From: Selaginella moellendorffii
Taxonomy: Eukaryota; Plantae; Lycopodiophyta
Direction of reading: 5' to 3'
Assembly (NCBI RefSeq): GCF_000143415.4
Contig: NW_003314270.1
Span: 1,044,722 to 1,108,721, forward strand
DNA: 64,000 nucleotides
Below, piece by piece: positions 12,109 through 24,225 of this stretch; position 1 is the stretch's first letter, and each line of letters starts with the position of its first letter. The translations under genes were made by a program, and so were the position numbers. The notes beneath the pieces were generated by a model that had not been told where the DNA came from, did not search any database, and saw nothing but the letters and a program-made list of their open reading frames with translations.

Positions 12109-15100
12109 TCACCGGATGAAGCGTTTAAGATGAGAGTGGTTGTGAGCATGTGGGAGCTCACGTCCCTCAGCATCAACTAGCACATATGCTCCACCTCCAA
12201 TGTGTCGCTGGACATAGTAGGGGCCGGTCCAGCGAGGGGAGAATTTCAAAGGTGGCGTGAACTCCTTGAGTAGAACGAGATCGCCATCCTCGAATGGTTC
12301 GGCAAACCGCTGGTGATCGATGACTGACTTAATCTTCTGCTTGCATTGAAGGAGATGTTTAGATGTGGATTGTCGCTGTTCTTCCAAGGCAAGAACCTCC
12401 AAGTCACGTGCATGAAGCTTGTCTTCATCGCTAAGCTGCATCGCTGCTGCGTATCGAAGTGAAAGCGAGAGTGATGGCACCTGGATCTCTATTGGAAGTA
12501 CGGCCTCTGTCCCATAGACAAGGGAAAATGGGGTCGCAGAGATGGATGTCTTGAAGGATGTCCGAAAGGCCCACAACACCGTAACCAAGTGCTCGTGCCA
12601 ACGCCTTGGGTGATCCTCCACAAGCTTTGAGATGACTGTCTTCAATATCTTGTTGCTAGACTCCGCCTGGCCATTGCACTCCGGATAATAGCTGCTGCTT
12701 TTCACGTGCTTGACCTGTAGTTGCTGGAGAAGATGCTGCATCACCTGCCCGAGGAAGCCGCTGCCACGATCGGAAACCAAAACAGCAGGAACTCCAAATC
12801 GGCAAATGATGTACTCGTAGACAAACTTTGCTGTAGACTGCTGATCTGCCTGTCGCAAAGGGGTGGCCTCAACCCATTTTGTGAAATAGTCCGTCGCCAC
12901 GATGATGTATCGCTGTCCTTTTGAGCTCGGTGGGTTGATCAGGCCAACGAAGTCAAGTCCCCACTGGAAAAAGGGACCCGGAGAAGTGATGATCTGGAAA
13001 GGAAGACGTGGAACATGGCTCCGGGGGTTGAACCGTTGGCACTGCTCACATGACTTTGCATAGGCCAAGCTGTCCTGGTGAATCTGAGGCCAAAAGTAGC
13101 CATGGCGCAAGAGGAGCTGTGCTGTAACCCATCCCGAGAAATGCCCTGCACAAGAGTGGAAAGCGCGAAGGAGCTCAGGGACCTCATGTTCCCCCACACA
13201 CCGCAACAAAACTTCCTGAGAAGTCCTCCTATAAAGGTGCCCATCAAGAAGGCAAAACCCCCGTGCTCGGATCTCCAATGCCTTTTGTTGTACTGGTGAG
13301 GAATCTACTGTAAACTGACCTGAATCCAGGTACACCGCTACATCCTGTAATGCTGCTGGGACCACAAAGGAGGTAGCTTCAGCAACCAGGAACTCGCTTG
13401 GATCCATCACACGCTTCCACCGCATGTGAAAAGTTGGTTGGAACTCTTGGATGGTCACAATCCAAGATAAAGTACGAGGACTATGAACCGGTCGCTGTAA
13501 AAGAAAGGTCAGCACATTAAAATAGACATGGAAATGGATACGGGCTCCAGCGAGAAAGTGACGGAATCGCTCCAAGGTGTAAACAACAGCCACTGCTTCT
13601 TTTTCCGCATCCACATATTTCTTTTCAGTCTCCTTGAACGAATGTGAGGCATAATATGTTGCATGTGGTGGCTTGCCAGGCTGTGAACATTGGCAAAGGC
13701 ATACTCCAAAAGCCTCTGTACCCGTTGTGATGTAAATGTCAAAAGGAAGTTGTCGTTCTGGTGGTTGGAGTACCGGGGCCGTGCGGAGTGACTGCTGTAG
13801 TGACTCAAAGGCTTGTTGTTGGGACTCACCCCAAATAAATGGAACACTGTGTTGTAGCAAAGCTACCAGAGGCCATGAACGTGCAGCATAATTGTGGATG
13901 AAACGGCGAAAGAAACCCGTTTGCCCAAGGAAACTGCGAGGCTGCTTCAAGTTGGTTGGTGGGTTCCAATCCAGAATCTCCTGAGCCTTGGCTACCTGGG
14001 GTTTGATCCCATCCTGAGAGACGTCAAAGCCCAGTAACCGGCCTTCGGTTACCCCGAATTTACACTTTGCCGGGTTCAATGAAAACCTGTGGTGTCGGCA
14101 GCGAGTGAAAATCTGTTCCAAGTGCATAAGGTGATCCTCAAAGGAGTCCGAGGTCGTGCACAGATCATCCATATACACCCTCAAGGCACCTCCAATCAAG
14201 TCGTGAAAGGCATGGGTCATAAAGCGCTGAAAAGTAGCTCCGGCGTTGCACAAGCCAAATGGGAGGACATTGAAAGCAAAGACGCCCTAAGGTGTCCGAA
14301 AGGCCGTAAGATCTCGATGATCTGGATGAATGAAGATCTGGTTGTACCCTGAAAAGCCATCCATGAAAGAGTAGTATCGGTGGCCAGCCATCTCATCCAC
14401 AATCGCATCGATAAACGGAGTTGGAAAGTGATCTTTAACAGTTGCCTTGTTCAAGTCTCGAAAATCAATGCAGAGGCGGAGTTTTCCATTTGCCTTGCGT
14501 GCAGGGACGAGATTGGCCACCCACTCTGAGCTCTCCAAAGGGTAAATAAAGCCGGCTGCCAGAAGTCGCTCGATCTCCAACTTCATCTCTGAGTGAGCTG
14601 CCGGGCTGAAACGCCGCATTTTTTGACAGACTGGTTTGGCTGACTCTGAAAGCACGATACTGTGCATGATTGTGTCCATGGGAACTCCTGGGAGCTGGCT
14701 GTAGTCCCAAGCAAACACGTCCTTGAAACAGTGAAGGAGATCCAAGAGCTTTGCTACATTTGTTGGAGCAAGTGATGTGGCGATAAAGACCGGGTCCTTG
14801 TCATCACCTAGAAAAACGGCATGAACCCTGAAGTCTGGAGAAACCTTGGTTTCAGGAGGCTCTATCTTTGATTCTTCCCTGACCCTGGAAACCAAAGAGC
14901 AGGGAGTGCCTTTAGCTTCTCGCATCGTGGTGATTGCTTGGTGTGATAACCTGTCTGCCCAAAAGTTTTCTTCACGGGGGACACTTTGAAAAGACACCTC
15001 AGAGAACTCATCCTTTAGGTTGAACGCCCGCTGCCATAGCTCTTTCAGGTTCTCTTTGTGGACTTGGTATTCCCCAGTAAGTTGGCGTATGATGAGTTGC

Positions 15101-18038
15101 GCATCTCCAACGAAATGGACTAGCCTAAATTTGAGATCTGTGGCCAGCTTCATGGCACTGATGGCCGCCAAGTACTCTGCTTCATTAGCTGATGTTGCTG
15201 GCAAAGTGATAGAGAGGTCGGCTACTTTGTTCTCTGCAGGATCAATCATCCAAACTCCAATGCCGGCAACCTGGTTTTTGGGGCATAAAGCACCGTCAAA
15301 ATAAGCTGTAATCATAGGAGTGTCCTCTTCCTCAAATAAAGATGCTGGGGACACCACATCCGGCAAGACTGTCTCTGGTGAGTCTAATAAGAACGTTGCT
15401 GTTGGATCCAGAGTCTTTGTTTGTTGTTCTCTTTGCTTCTGATGCTCTGAGCGCTCGATGTCCAATGCAAGGACTGCAGCCAGGTACTCCGCAAGCGAAG
15501 GGAGATCCTCCACCAAAGTCCAGTCCAAGTCTGGTGCTAAAGTTTCAGTGTAATACCCTTGGATCTGTACCGGGGGCTCCACAGTAGGAAATTCAGAACT
15601 CAAAGAGCTATAACTCGCATGCAGCACGTCCGATTTGCTTGATTCTTCCTGCCAATTGTGTGACTGGATGTCATCTTCCGTCTCCAAAAAACAGCATGAC
15701 AAAATATGCTCGAAGTCGTCAGCTACCGTGATTTTAGTAGGAAAATGCTGGCTGTCTAACACCTCAAAGAGTTGCTGAGGAGAATCGAGTTCAGCTATGT
15801 CCTGTGAAAGATGGGCTTGGTCTGGGGTGACTGTGTCATCAAGATCCATAAGAGAGAGTTGGTCCCATGCAAGAAACGAATCAAGGAGCCCTTCCTCTAT
15901 CAAGAAACACTCTGAAAAGCTGGATATGTGAGCCCGTATCCTATAAGCCCTGCCCTCAAATAAAGAGGGCCTTTCCAGAGGCTCGGCCTTACTCTCAAAT
16001 AAAGAGAGTGAAGTTGAGAGATGTCTCGGGCTACCTGACTCACCTCCAACCGTGTCAATCGCATTGCATGAGGAAGCATCTGCCATATAGATGGTTGACG
16101 CCACTGCCAACTCAGGAAAAACCTCTGTGAGGTCGGGAGGAAAGTATGGTGTGGAGGCCATCTTAGTCCGAGCTTGCTGGGCTTGTTGAGAAAGAGCTCT
16201 GCCGTGGTTGTTGAGAAAGGTGGCGCTATGGGTTCCATTGCTAATTTCCAACTTGCCTTGTGCACTATCAATGGTGCAATGGGCTGTGACTTGCCATGAG
16301 CGGCCAAGGATGATAGAGTCCTTCAAAGAGGATGTTTCAAGACGTTGGTAGTCAACCACGAGGAAATCTACCTCAGAAATAACACCCTGCACTGAGACCT
16401 TGACACCATAGCAAATTCCTGCCGGAGGAACGGTGTGGTTGGCGAAGGTTTTGAGCACGATGGAGGAGCTCTCAGTGATCTGTAGCTGTGCTGAAAGGGC
16501 AGCTTCGAGAGAGATAATGTTGCTTCCAAAACCGGAGTCAACCAAAGCATCCATCCTACAAGAGGAAGTACCGATCTGCACCGGGACGAAGAACGGACCA
16601 GGATCTCCTCCATATCTTGTCATATTGACAATGTGCACCTCTTGAGGAGTCCTCTTGAGAGTGCTCTCTGGTGTTCCTGACCGTGCAAACTTCTCCAAAT
16701 GCTGGCCAAATCCCGGGACAAGGCACAACATATCTCGGAGCGAAAAGGTGACAGGAGTGTCAACCAGCTGTTGAAGAACCGGCTCCGGAACAGGAGTAGC
16801 TGCTGGTGAGATCTCAGGAGGAGAAGAGAGGAGTGACTTGAAGGGGAGTTTACAAGCCACCCTCTGTGTCACTGGGCCTGAGGCCAACGGAGAGTCGCTC
16901 TCAACTGGCGCTGGGGGATCTATGGTAGGCTGAGTGGCTACCTTCTTCTTCGCTTGGGCTTGAGTGGCTGCAGTTTGCTGTTGTTGCCTATAAAGTTCCT
17001 CGGCTACCAAAATCGTGTTGACTAATGAGACTGGTGCCTTGCCTTTGCTTGACAAAGGGGCTGCCTCAATTGCTTGTCGCTCCAACTGCTCCTGATATGT
17101 CCCTGGACCCTGAGGCTGTGTGGAGTTATCAACAAAGGGATGTTGTTGGACACGTTGAGAAGATAGAGGCTGAAGCTCTGGGTGAAGCTTGAAGCAGCGC
17201 TGTGTGTTGTGTGTGTTCGTCTCGCAGTGAGTGCACCAACGGGACTTAAATCTGCATTCCCGAGCTGTAGCGGCCTCTTTCTTGGACTCCACCAGCTCCT
17301 GGAGCAGTTTGTCATGGTGTGATTGCTGTTGAAGAATGATCTCCTTCAGCTGCCGCATCTCATTGGCAAAGTTCTCAAGAGCCGGAGGTGTACGCTCAAC
17401 AGCAACAGGCTTTGATGTGGACGGGCAAATAGTGGCACAAGGTGACTCTGACGGGATGATGGCTTGGTCAAAATCAACTCTAGCAATCCCCAAGTCGACC
17501 AGAAGCTCTCTTTCCAGCTTTGTGGCAAACGAAAATGCCTCACGGCAAGACCTGAAAGTCTTCTTAAGAAGTTTCCGCTGCAAGTTCCCACGCAGACCTG
17601 CTGTGAATGCTGTGATCCCCTGTTGCTCATCTTGGACTACTCTGCGATCCCAACACTGCTTCCAGTAAGCTCGAAAGCGTGTGATGTAGTCAAGAACAGT
17701 CTCGTGAGCACCCTGTCGGAACGAAAAAAGGTCGACAAGTAGCCGATTTGTGGGTTTTTCTTCAACGAAGCGTTCTCTGAAAGAAGCAAGTAGTGTCTGG
17801 AAGTCTGTCTGGTCCTCTGGGAGGAGAGAATCTGCCCAAGTTGCTGCTTTGCCTTCGAGAGACTGCAGGAAGTCGCGGCACATACGATCATCGTCGACGA
17901 TCATGTTTGTGGTGCAGTAGTAATCAAAGCGACTAATATGCGATGTTGGAGAGACTGTTCCAACACCTGAAAGACTGGCAGATCACTCCCCTTTTGCAGA
18001 ACATGGAGCTGAGGTCGAGCTAAGGGTGGCTGCGCCAT
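12109..18038 (-). pseudogene. Element B gag-pol polyprotein with one nonsense codon and one probable 1-nt deletion
   Basis: ORF 14287-17904: gag, CTHCETNTHNTQRC knuckle, protease LVDSG, archaeal-type RNase H (FDGA...NEAEY...GDAQLI...N..AD) and RT N-terminus. ORF 12109-14253 is in the same frame after a TAG replacing conserved W in FRTPWG, and holds RT YMDD, degenerate RNase H, H-H-C-C zinc finger and integrase (GLDFVG, SDRG, NGQAE). The gag N-terminus MAQPP...DLPVF joins SGVGTVSPTSHISRF by a 1-nt shift near 17971. Confidence 0.93.
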
Positions 18039-18319
18039 AGCTCGTAGATCTAAGTCACTGGAATCTGTCGAGGAGGAAGAGGACTCGGCCCAAGAAGGTG
18101 CAGTGTCGTACCTAAGCTGCCTTTGGATGTTGAAAAGTTTACTCCGTACCTTAGGGCCTTGAGGTATGGTGAAAGGGTGCCAATTCGTCATACGTCTAGT
18201 TTGTACCGGCATCAAATACCCTGAACACTGCAAATGCCCGATCAAGGCAACTGGGTTGACAGGAGCAAGAAGATTGTAGGCTAGTGCTCAAGTTGCTCAA
18301 AATGCCTTTGATTCGACCG

Positions 18320-18615
18320 CTGAAGTAGCTACTGGAGTAGCCGCTGGAGGAGCCACTAGAGTAGCCGTTGGAGTAGCCACTGGAGTAGCCGGTAGCCGGT
18401 AACCGGGGTAGTCGCTAGAGCAGCCACTGGAGTAGCCGCGGGAGTAGCCGGTAGCCGATAAGCGGGGGCCTGTGACCTGTAACCGGTAACCCCTACTCTC
18501 GCTCCTACTCCTGCACTTGCTCCAACACCAACTCCTATCCCTGTGCCTATTCCTATTGTCCCTGTTTCTACGCCAACTCTTGTTCCTGCTCCTCCTGTTC
18601 CTGTTCCTACGGTTA
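18320..18615. repeat. Short tandem repeats in the 5' leader of element B
   Basis: GGAGTAGCCNNT-type 12-mers at 18320-18460 and CCTGTT-type hexamers at 18540-18615. Confidence 0.75.
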
Positions 18616-19343
18616 CCTGTTCCTTGAAGATTGCTTCGTTCCCAAGGAACCCTCAACGAAGTTTAACCCAAAAGAGAAAAATGAGTCCTCTAGTCTTGAT
18701 CCTTCGCCACTTTGATTGTTGGTGGGCTCGTTGGAAAGAGCTCAGCCCCGTCTACCTTATATCGCAAGAATTTGGGAAGAAACTGCCTCAAAATCCATGA
18801 AGAGGTAGCCTAGAACGCCAACATTATGGAAAAACATGTGCATGTCCATGATGTAGATCGACACTAAGGCGCCGTTGGTACTTCTCGAAAGCCTAGGACC
18901 AGGAGCACCTCTAGAAATAAACGGCATCCAAAACCAAGCCTGGAGGAGCATGAATTCCTACCACAAAGATAACCCAATCTAGCCGGAGAAGAAAATCCTT
19001 TTGCATGCCGTCAATTCTCCCAAATCTAGTGCCAAGAACTACCACTACTCATAGATCTAGGCCAAATCTACAAGCCCAAATGCACTACCTTGAGAAATTC
19101 GGCTGAGGATCCAGGCGAGAAAGTGAAAACCCCAAAATGCTCATCCGACCGAGCCAAGAAACGTTGTATCTCTTCAAATACTGCACGGCTTGATGAGCGC
19201 CATACCTTTCTGGAAAGAGGAGCTCCAGACCTATCCAACACACTCAAGATCAAAGAAAACCACCACAAAATGAACAAGGAATTCCTTCCCAAACTCTGCG
19301 GCCAAAAGAAAAGAGGGAAATGACGCTTCAGAAAGTCCTGCGC

Positions 19344-19361
19344 TTCACGCCGGGTTCACCA
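19344..19361 (-). promoter_or_regulatory. Primer binding site of element B, complementary to tRNA-Trp
   Basis: Plus strand TTCACGCCGGGTTCACCA versus the recalled plant tRNA-Trp 3' end TTCACGTCGGGTTCACCA (17/18). It lies 2 nt from the LTR. Confidence 0.85.
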
Positions 19362-19363
19362 TT

Positions 19364-19550
19364 TGTTGGAGGAAGGAGGGGTGCTTCCCCCAACACTCGC
19401 TCAAACACGAGAAATGCTTCACTGCTCTCCACAAAATGCCCCCCCTCGCCCTTGTGAGGCAAGGGTTTTATACAAGGAAGATGGGGAATATTCTGAGGAC
19501 CAGAATATTCCCTCCCTCTCTCTCACTCTCTCGGTGGCCACACCCTAACA
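19364..19550 (-). repeat. 5' LTR of element B
   Basis: Direct repeat of 10580-10766, adjacent to the PBS. Confidence 0.95.
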
Positions 19551-22500
19551 CGCTTACATTGCTGGCATATAGGGCAGGAATAGACATAATCCGCTATATC
19601 ACCTTCCATACTAGACCAGAAAAATCCTTTTTTCAATGAAGCCAGAGTCTTTCACTGTCCACCATGTCCCGCTCCTGGAACATCATGATGTTCCCGCAGA
19701 AATAACTACTGAAAATCCTTAGAGGGGAGATACAATCTTTCTTGCTTATAGAATATAAGCCCATCCCGAACTGAGAAGTGAAGCTTTACATTGGTGCGGC
19801 TAGCAACTTTCACTACTTCGCTACCAGGGTCCTGCTTCGACAACTCCGCATGGCATAAGATTGCCTTCGCCAATAGATCACTTCCATATGAAGCTCGAAT
19901 GTCCTCCAACCAGTCCAAACTGATTGCTGATATTGCCCAGAACTGAGCCTGACGACTCAATGCATCCAGAACAATATTATCTTTACCAGGTTTATATATG
20001 ATTTCAATATCATATCTAGCAAGCTTCTCTTGCCAACGAGCTTGCTTCGGCATAAGCTTAGGCTGCGTAGCAAAGTAGCTTAGTGTGTTACTATCCATAT
20101 AAACCTTAGAATGTCCACCCAAGTAGTGTGTTCAGTGTTCCAAGGCCGACACTATAGCAAACATCTCTTTCTCATGTGTTGGCCATCTTCGCTAAGTTTC
20201 ATCCAATTTCTTGGAATAGAATGCAACGGGACAACCATGTCACCTTAGCGTAACACCAACCGCTTTGTCACAATCTTGCTGTAACACGGCACCAATAACA
20301 TAGCCAGATGCACCATAATGCACTTCGAAGGGTTTATCAAGATCTGGGATCCTGAGAATAGGAACTGTAGTCAAGATCTCCTTCAACTGTACAAAAGCAC
20401 GCTGGCAAGCTGGTGTCCAATGAAACGGAATACTACTCTTTGTCAACTCAGTTAATAGAAGAGCAATTCTTGCAAAATTGCGGACAAACTTGCGATAGTA
20501 TCTAGCCAAACCAAGAAAGGAACGAACATCTGATACAGTGGTCGAGACTTCCCAAGTCTTCACTGCTTCCACCTTCTATAGATCGACTTCAATCACACCA
20601 CCATCAACTATATGTCCAAGAAAGTTTACATGCAATTGACCAAAAGCACATTTACTTTCCTTAGTATACAGTTTGTGTTCGCGCAACTTCTGAAACACCA
20701 GCTCCAAGTGTTTCAAATGATCCTCCAATGTTTCACTAAAGACTAGAACATCGTCGATATATAGGACAACAAATGCATCCAAATAATCTCCAAATATTTT
20801 ATCCATCATAGTGTTGAACGTTGCTGGAGCATTGCATAACCCGAACGGCATGACAAGGAACTCATAAGATCCGTACCAAGTCTTAAAGGTTGTCTTCTCC
20901 ACATCTTGATCCACCACTCGTATCTGACAATACCCAGACCGCAAATCAAGTCGCATAAAATACTTAGCCTTTAAGAGTTGGTCAAACAAGTCATCAATGC
21001 GTGGCAAAGGATAACTATTTTTAACCATGATCTTGTTGAGTGCCTGATAGTCAATACACATCCTCATAGTTCCATCCTTTTTCATAACAAAAAGGACCAG
21101 TGCTCCATAAGGTGACTTGCTTGGTCAGATATGACCTTTGTCAAGAAGCTCCGTGAGTTGCTTCTTGAGTTCAGCCATCTCCTTGATCTTCAGACAATAC
21201 AAAGCCTTTGTAAGTGGTTTAGAACCCAGAATAACCTTAATCCAATGATCAACCTCACGGATAGGAGGTAGCCCTGGTAGTAAATCCTTTGGAAAGATAT
21301 CCTAATTCCTCTCTAACAACTCCAATATCTTCATTGGTACAAGATCAACTCTGTTGCTGATTCGAATTGAGTCACCAATACCCTCAGCTTCCATCACTTG
21401 AACCTAAAAGGTCCAACATCCCTTCTTAGCTCCTTTTTGAGCGGCCCTCGCAGTCAGGAACTTAGGATCCCAATCTTTTGAGGAGCGCTTTTGCAACTGG
21501 AAGGACACATCAGGACGTCCTTCTGACTTCAATGTGATATGACTTTGTCCAGCACCATAAATCCCTTTTATATATTTGTTGAAGAAGTCCATACCAAACA
21601 CTATCTGAAAATCTGGTATCTTCAACACTACCAAGTTCACTCTTTCTTTCCACTTGGATACTTTTATTGGAATATCACTCACAAACTTCCTGGCTACTTG
21701 CCCACCTTCTACAAACCAGAAGTGCATATGTGACATTTGCTCAGCATTCAATCCTAACAACTTAACTAAGTCTTTGGACATCACGTTGTGCGTAGCTCTC
21801 GTGTCAATCATCACTCGGACTCGGTGTCCATGGACAAATATCAATAGATCAGTGTTTGCATTGACTGCAAGAAAAGCTTGAGGAAAGTAACGAAAGTTAC
21901 TCACCTCTTCTTCCTCATAGTCTGCATTGACCAACTCGCCAACCCCTTAGCTTCACCACCACCGTCTTCCCTCATAACATTAACACAAGATTTTGTCTTA
22001 TGCCTGTTGGGACATTCCGAGGACCTATGTCCTAACTCTCCATAATGGAAGCAATGACCCACACTACCCATTCTGCTAGGAGCAGGTTTTGCAGGTTGCT
22101 ACTGCTTGTACCCACCAGGAGGAGGAACATAGGGCCTAGGACCAGAAGAAGCTACTAGTGGTCTCCAACCACCACCACCTTTGTTAACTGTTGCTTGTGA
22201 GCCTCCAGAGCAAAACCTACCTTCCACCCTCTGTTTTCGATCACCTTGTTTATTCCCAAAACTCCTATTCTTGTCCGAGTTACCAACATATGGTTGCTGA
22301 TATTCTTCCATGAGCGAGTGACTAAAGGCAACTTGCTGTGTTGCCTCCTTACACTCTAGGTACGTCTTCGGCTTAAACTTCAAAATCTCATTACGAGAAA
22401 GTGAACTTAAACCCTCCAAGAAATAATTCCGAGCATTTTCGTCACTCATATTTGCAATCATAATGCACTTTTGAGCAAACTCATTAACGTAATGCATGAG

Positions 22501-23115
22501 ATCCCCTCACTACTTTAACTGCCGTAGCTCCGCACGAAGTCTCAGACCAAGATCATCCGGCAAGTATTCTTTACGGATACGAGACTGCATCTTGGTCCAA
22601 CTTCTAGTTTGCCCTTTTACCTGCCGCCACCAAGTTTTGGCGTGATGGGTGAGAAAGGATTGCGCACATGCAACTTTCATATGATCATCTACGTCTGCTG
22701 CTATGAAATAGTTTTCCATATCATAGACCCAGTCCTCCAAAACTTGATCGTCCTGCATGCCTATGAAGTTGAGTGGTTTCAGAGGCTTGAACTTTGAAAC
22801 TTGTGCAACCAGGGGTGGCTGCAGAACTTCATCGTCCTTAGAACTTGAGGAGGAGTCCAGTTGCTTAGGCTTAGCTAGTTTAGCTGCCTCGGCTTCTTTC
22901 TTCCTCTTCTTGTTCTCCTTCTTCAATTTGCGAATCTCCTTTCGCAAATTCTCAATCTCGACTTCCTGAGCCGTACGCTGCAATGCCGCACAATCTGGCT
23001 CTTCCTCTTCTAACTCAGCCTCAGCCTCTTTTGCAGCATCTCTAGCAAGAGTTTCCTCCTCTCGATTCACCCGTCTAGAGGTTTTAGCGTCATCAGCACG
23101 GTTCCTTTTCACCAT
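19551..23115 (-). pseudogene. Element A gag, protease, RT, RNase H and integrase zinc finger (fragmented)
   Basis: gag 22099-23115 and knuckle CFHYGELGHRSSEC at ~22014-22060. Protease [40 protein letters not shown]. RNase H KPFEVH..ASG and YKPGKDN..DALSR. Multiple stops and frameshifts. Confidence 0.93.
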
Positions 23116-23292
23116 CCCGCTAGCTACATGCTTGTCTCTATCAATAACTGAACATGCTTACAATGTTCTTACCAAATGGTGCAATCCAACTAATCCTATA
23201 TAGGTCATTTTGGATCTACTAGAAAAGTCTCTACATATGCAACTTGAGTAAGAAAATCCGACAAAAGTTGGATAAGAATCGCTGAGATAATT

Positions 23293-23304
23293 TCTTTGAT
23301 ACCA
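23293..23304 (-). promoter_or_regulatory. PBS of element A (initiator tRNA-Met type)
   Basis: TGGTATCAAAGA on the minus strand, 2 nt inside the 5' LTR. Confidence 0.85.
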
Positions 23305-23306
23305 AA

Positions 23307-24225
23307 TGTAGCACACCTGAATTTGGAGCCGAACTCCAAGCCCATTGCGCTACGAAATGAGGGTCCAATACAATTCCACGAGCACCAACTCCCCGTATCT
23401 AGCACCTGCACGTAAAATGGTGTCAAACAAAGTTTGGCACAATTTTGGCATACTGATGGCCTAATGAGAGGAGGAGGGTACCCCACCGACTAGAGTAGTG
23501 TGGAGCTTGGGCTTAGACCCAAGCCAGATGCAGAACAAGGAGTGACATAGCCTGGCAGGAGCCAAACTAATGTCTCAGGTGGTCAGACATGCAATCCAAC
23601 CATTATCCCTATTATACATTTGGAACCCCCCACACCCCCCCCCCTCTGAGGGACACACACTTTAAGCTTTCACCCCAAGCCTCCCTTAGTACCAGGAGTT
23701 AGTCTCTGGGACAAGTCCGAAACTTACCAAATATGGAATGGCCTTAGATTACGAATTTAGACATGGGACAAACACCATTGTGTTTAGGCCGGCCTCTACA
23801 TTTCGTAGACATGCCAAATGAGTGAATCTAGACACTTTCCATAAATAGCATTTGGGACCGAAATGAGACTAACATAAAGGGCGTGATAGCAAAGGTGTTT
23901 AGTAGACATGATAAGCTATCATCCAGCGATATTGAGGGACTAGTCTCAATACACGAGGGTTCTTGCCAAGCCAGTGCAAGATAGAGCAAAAGAGAACTAA
24001 AAAGCCGGGCCAAGCATGCTTGGCCAAATAGACACTTAGGAATTCCGTCTTTATGCTCATCCGGCTAAGTACAAATGCTAAGTCCAATTTACTAACACTT
24101 GGACAAGAGGGGCCAATAAAGGGAACCAGCAGTACCGACCTCTTGCTGTCATGGCAGTAAGGAGAGAGTGTCCGTAAGGACTGGCCGACAAGTATCTTTC
24201 AATACCTGAAGTCACATTTGCGACA
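23307..24225 (-). repeat. 5' LTR of element A (~919 bp)
   Basis: TGTAGC...CGACA, homologous to 6138-6486 plus 8278-8843. Confidence 0.92.

Larger units (their letters stand above)
10580..19550 (-). mobile_element. Element B: near-intact Tat-like (TatI-type architecture) Ty3/gypsy element nested in the integrase of A
   Basis: 187-bp LTRs at 10580-10766 and 19364-19550 with 5 mismatches. CGCT duplicated at 10576-10579 and 19551-19554. PBS at 19344-19361. Domain order gag-PR-aRH-RT-gRH-INT. Confidence 0.95.
6138..24225 (-). mobile_element. Element A: full-length, defective Ty3/gypsy chromovirus hosting two nested insertions
   Basis: Paired LTRs at 23307-24225 and 6138-8843 (the latter interrupted). 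Met-type PBS at 23293-23304 and PPT at 8844-8856. Domain order gag-PR-RT-RH-INT-chromodomain on the minus strand. Confidence 0.93.

Noticed and set aside
10837-12176. Extra or env-like ORF downstream of B's integrase
   Set aside because: Overlapping low-complexity ORFs with no clear domain. An in-frame TAG is shared with the non-coding 5' copy of the motif.
14287-14289. Programmed stop-codon readthrough between the two large ORFs of B
   Set aside because: The TAG lies inside RT at a conserved Trp, so a G>A mutation is the simpler explanation.
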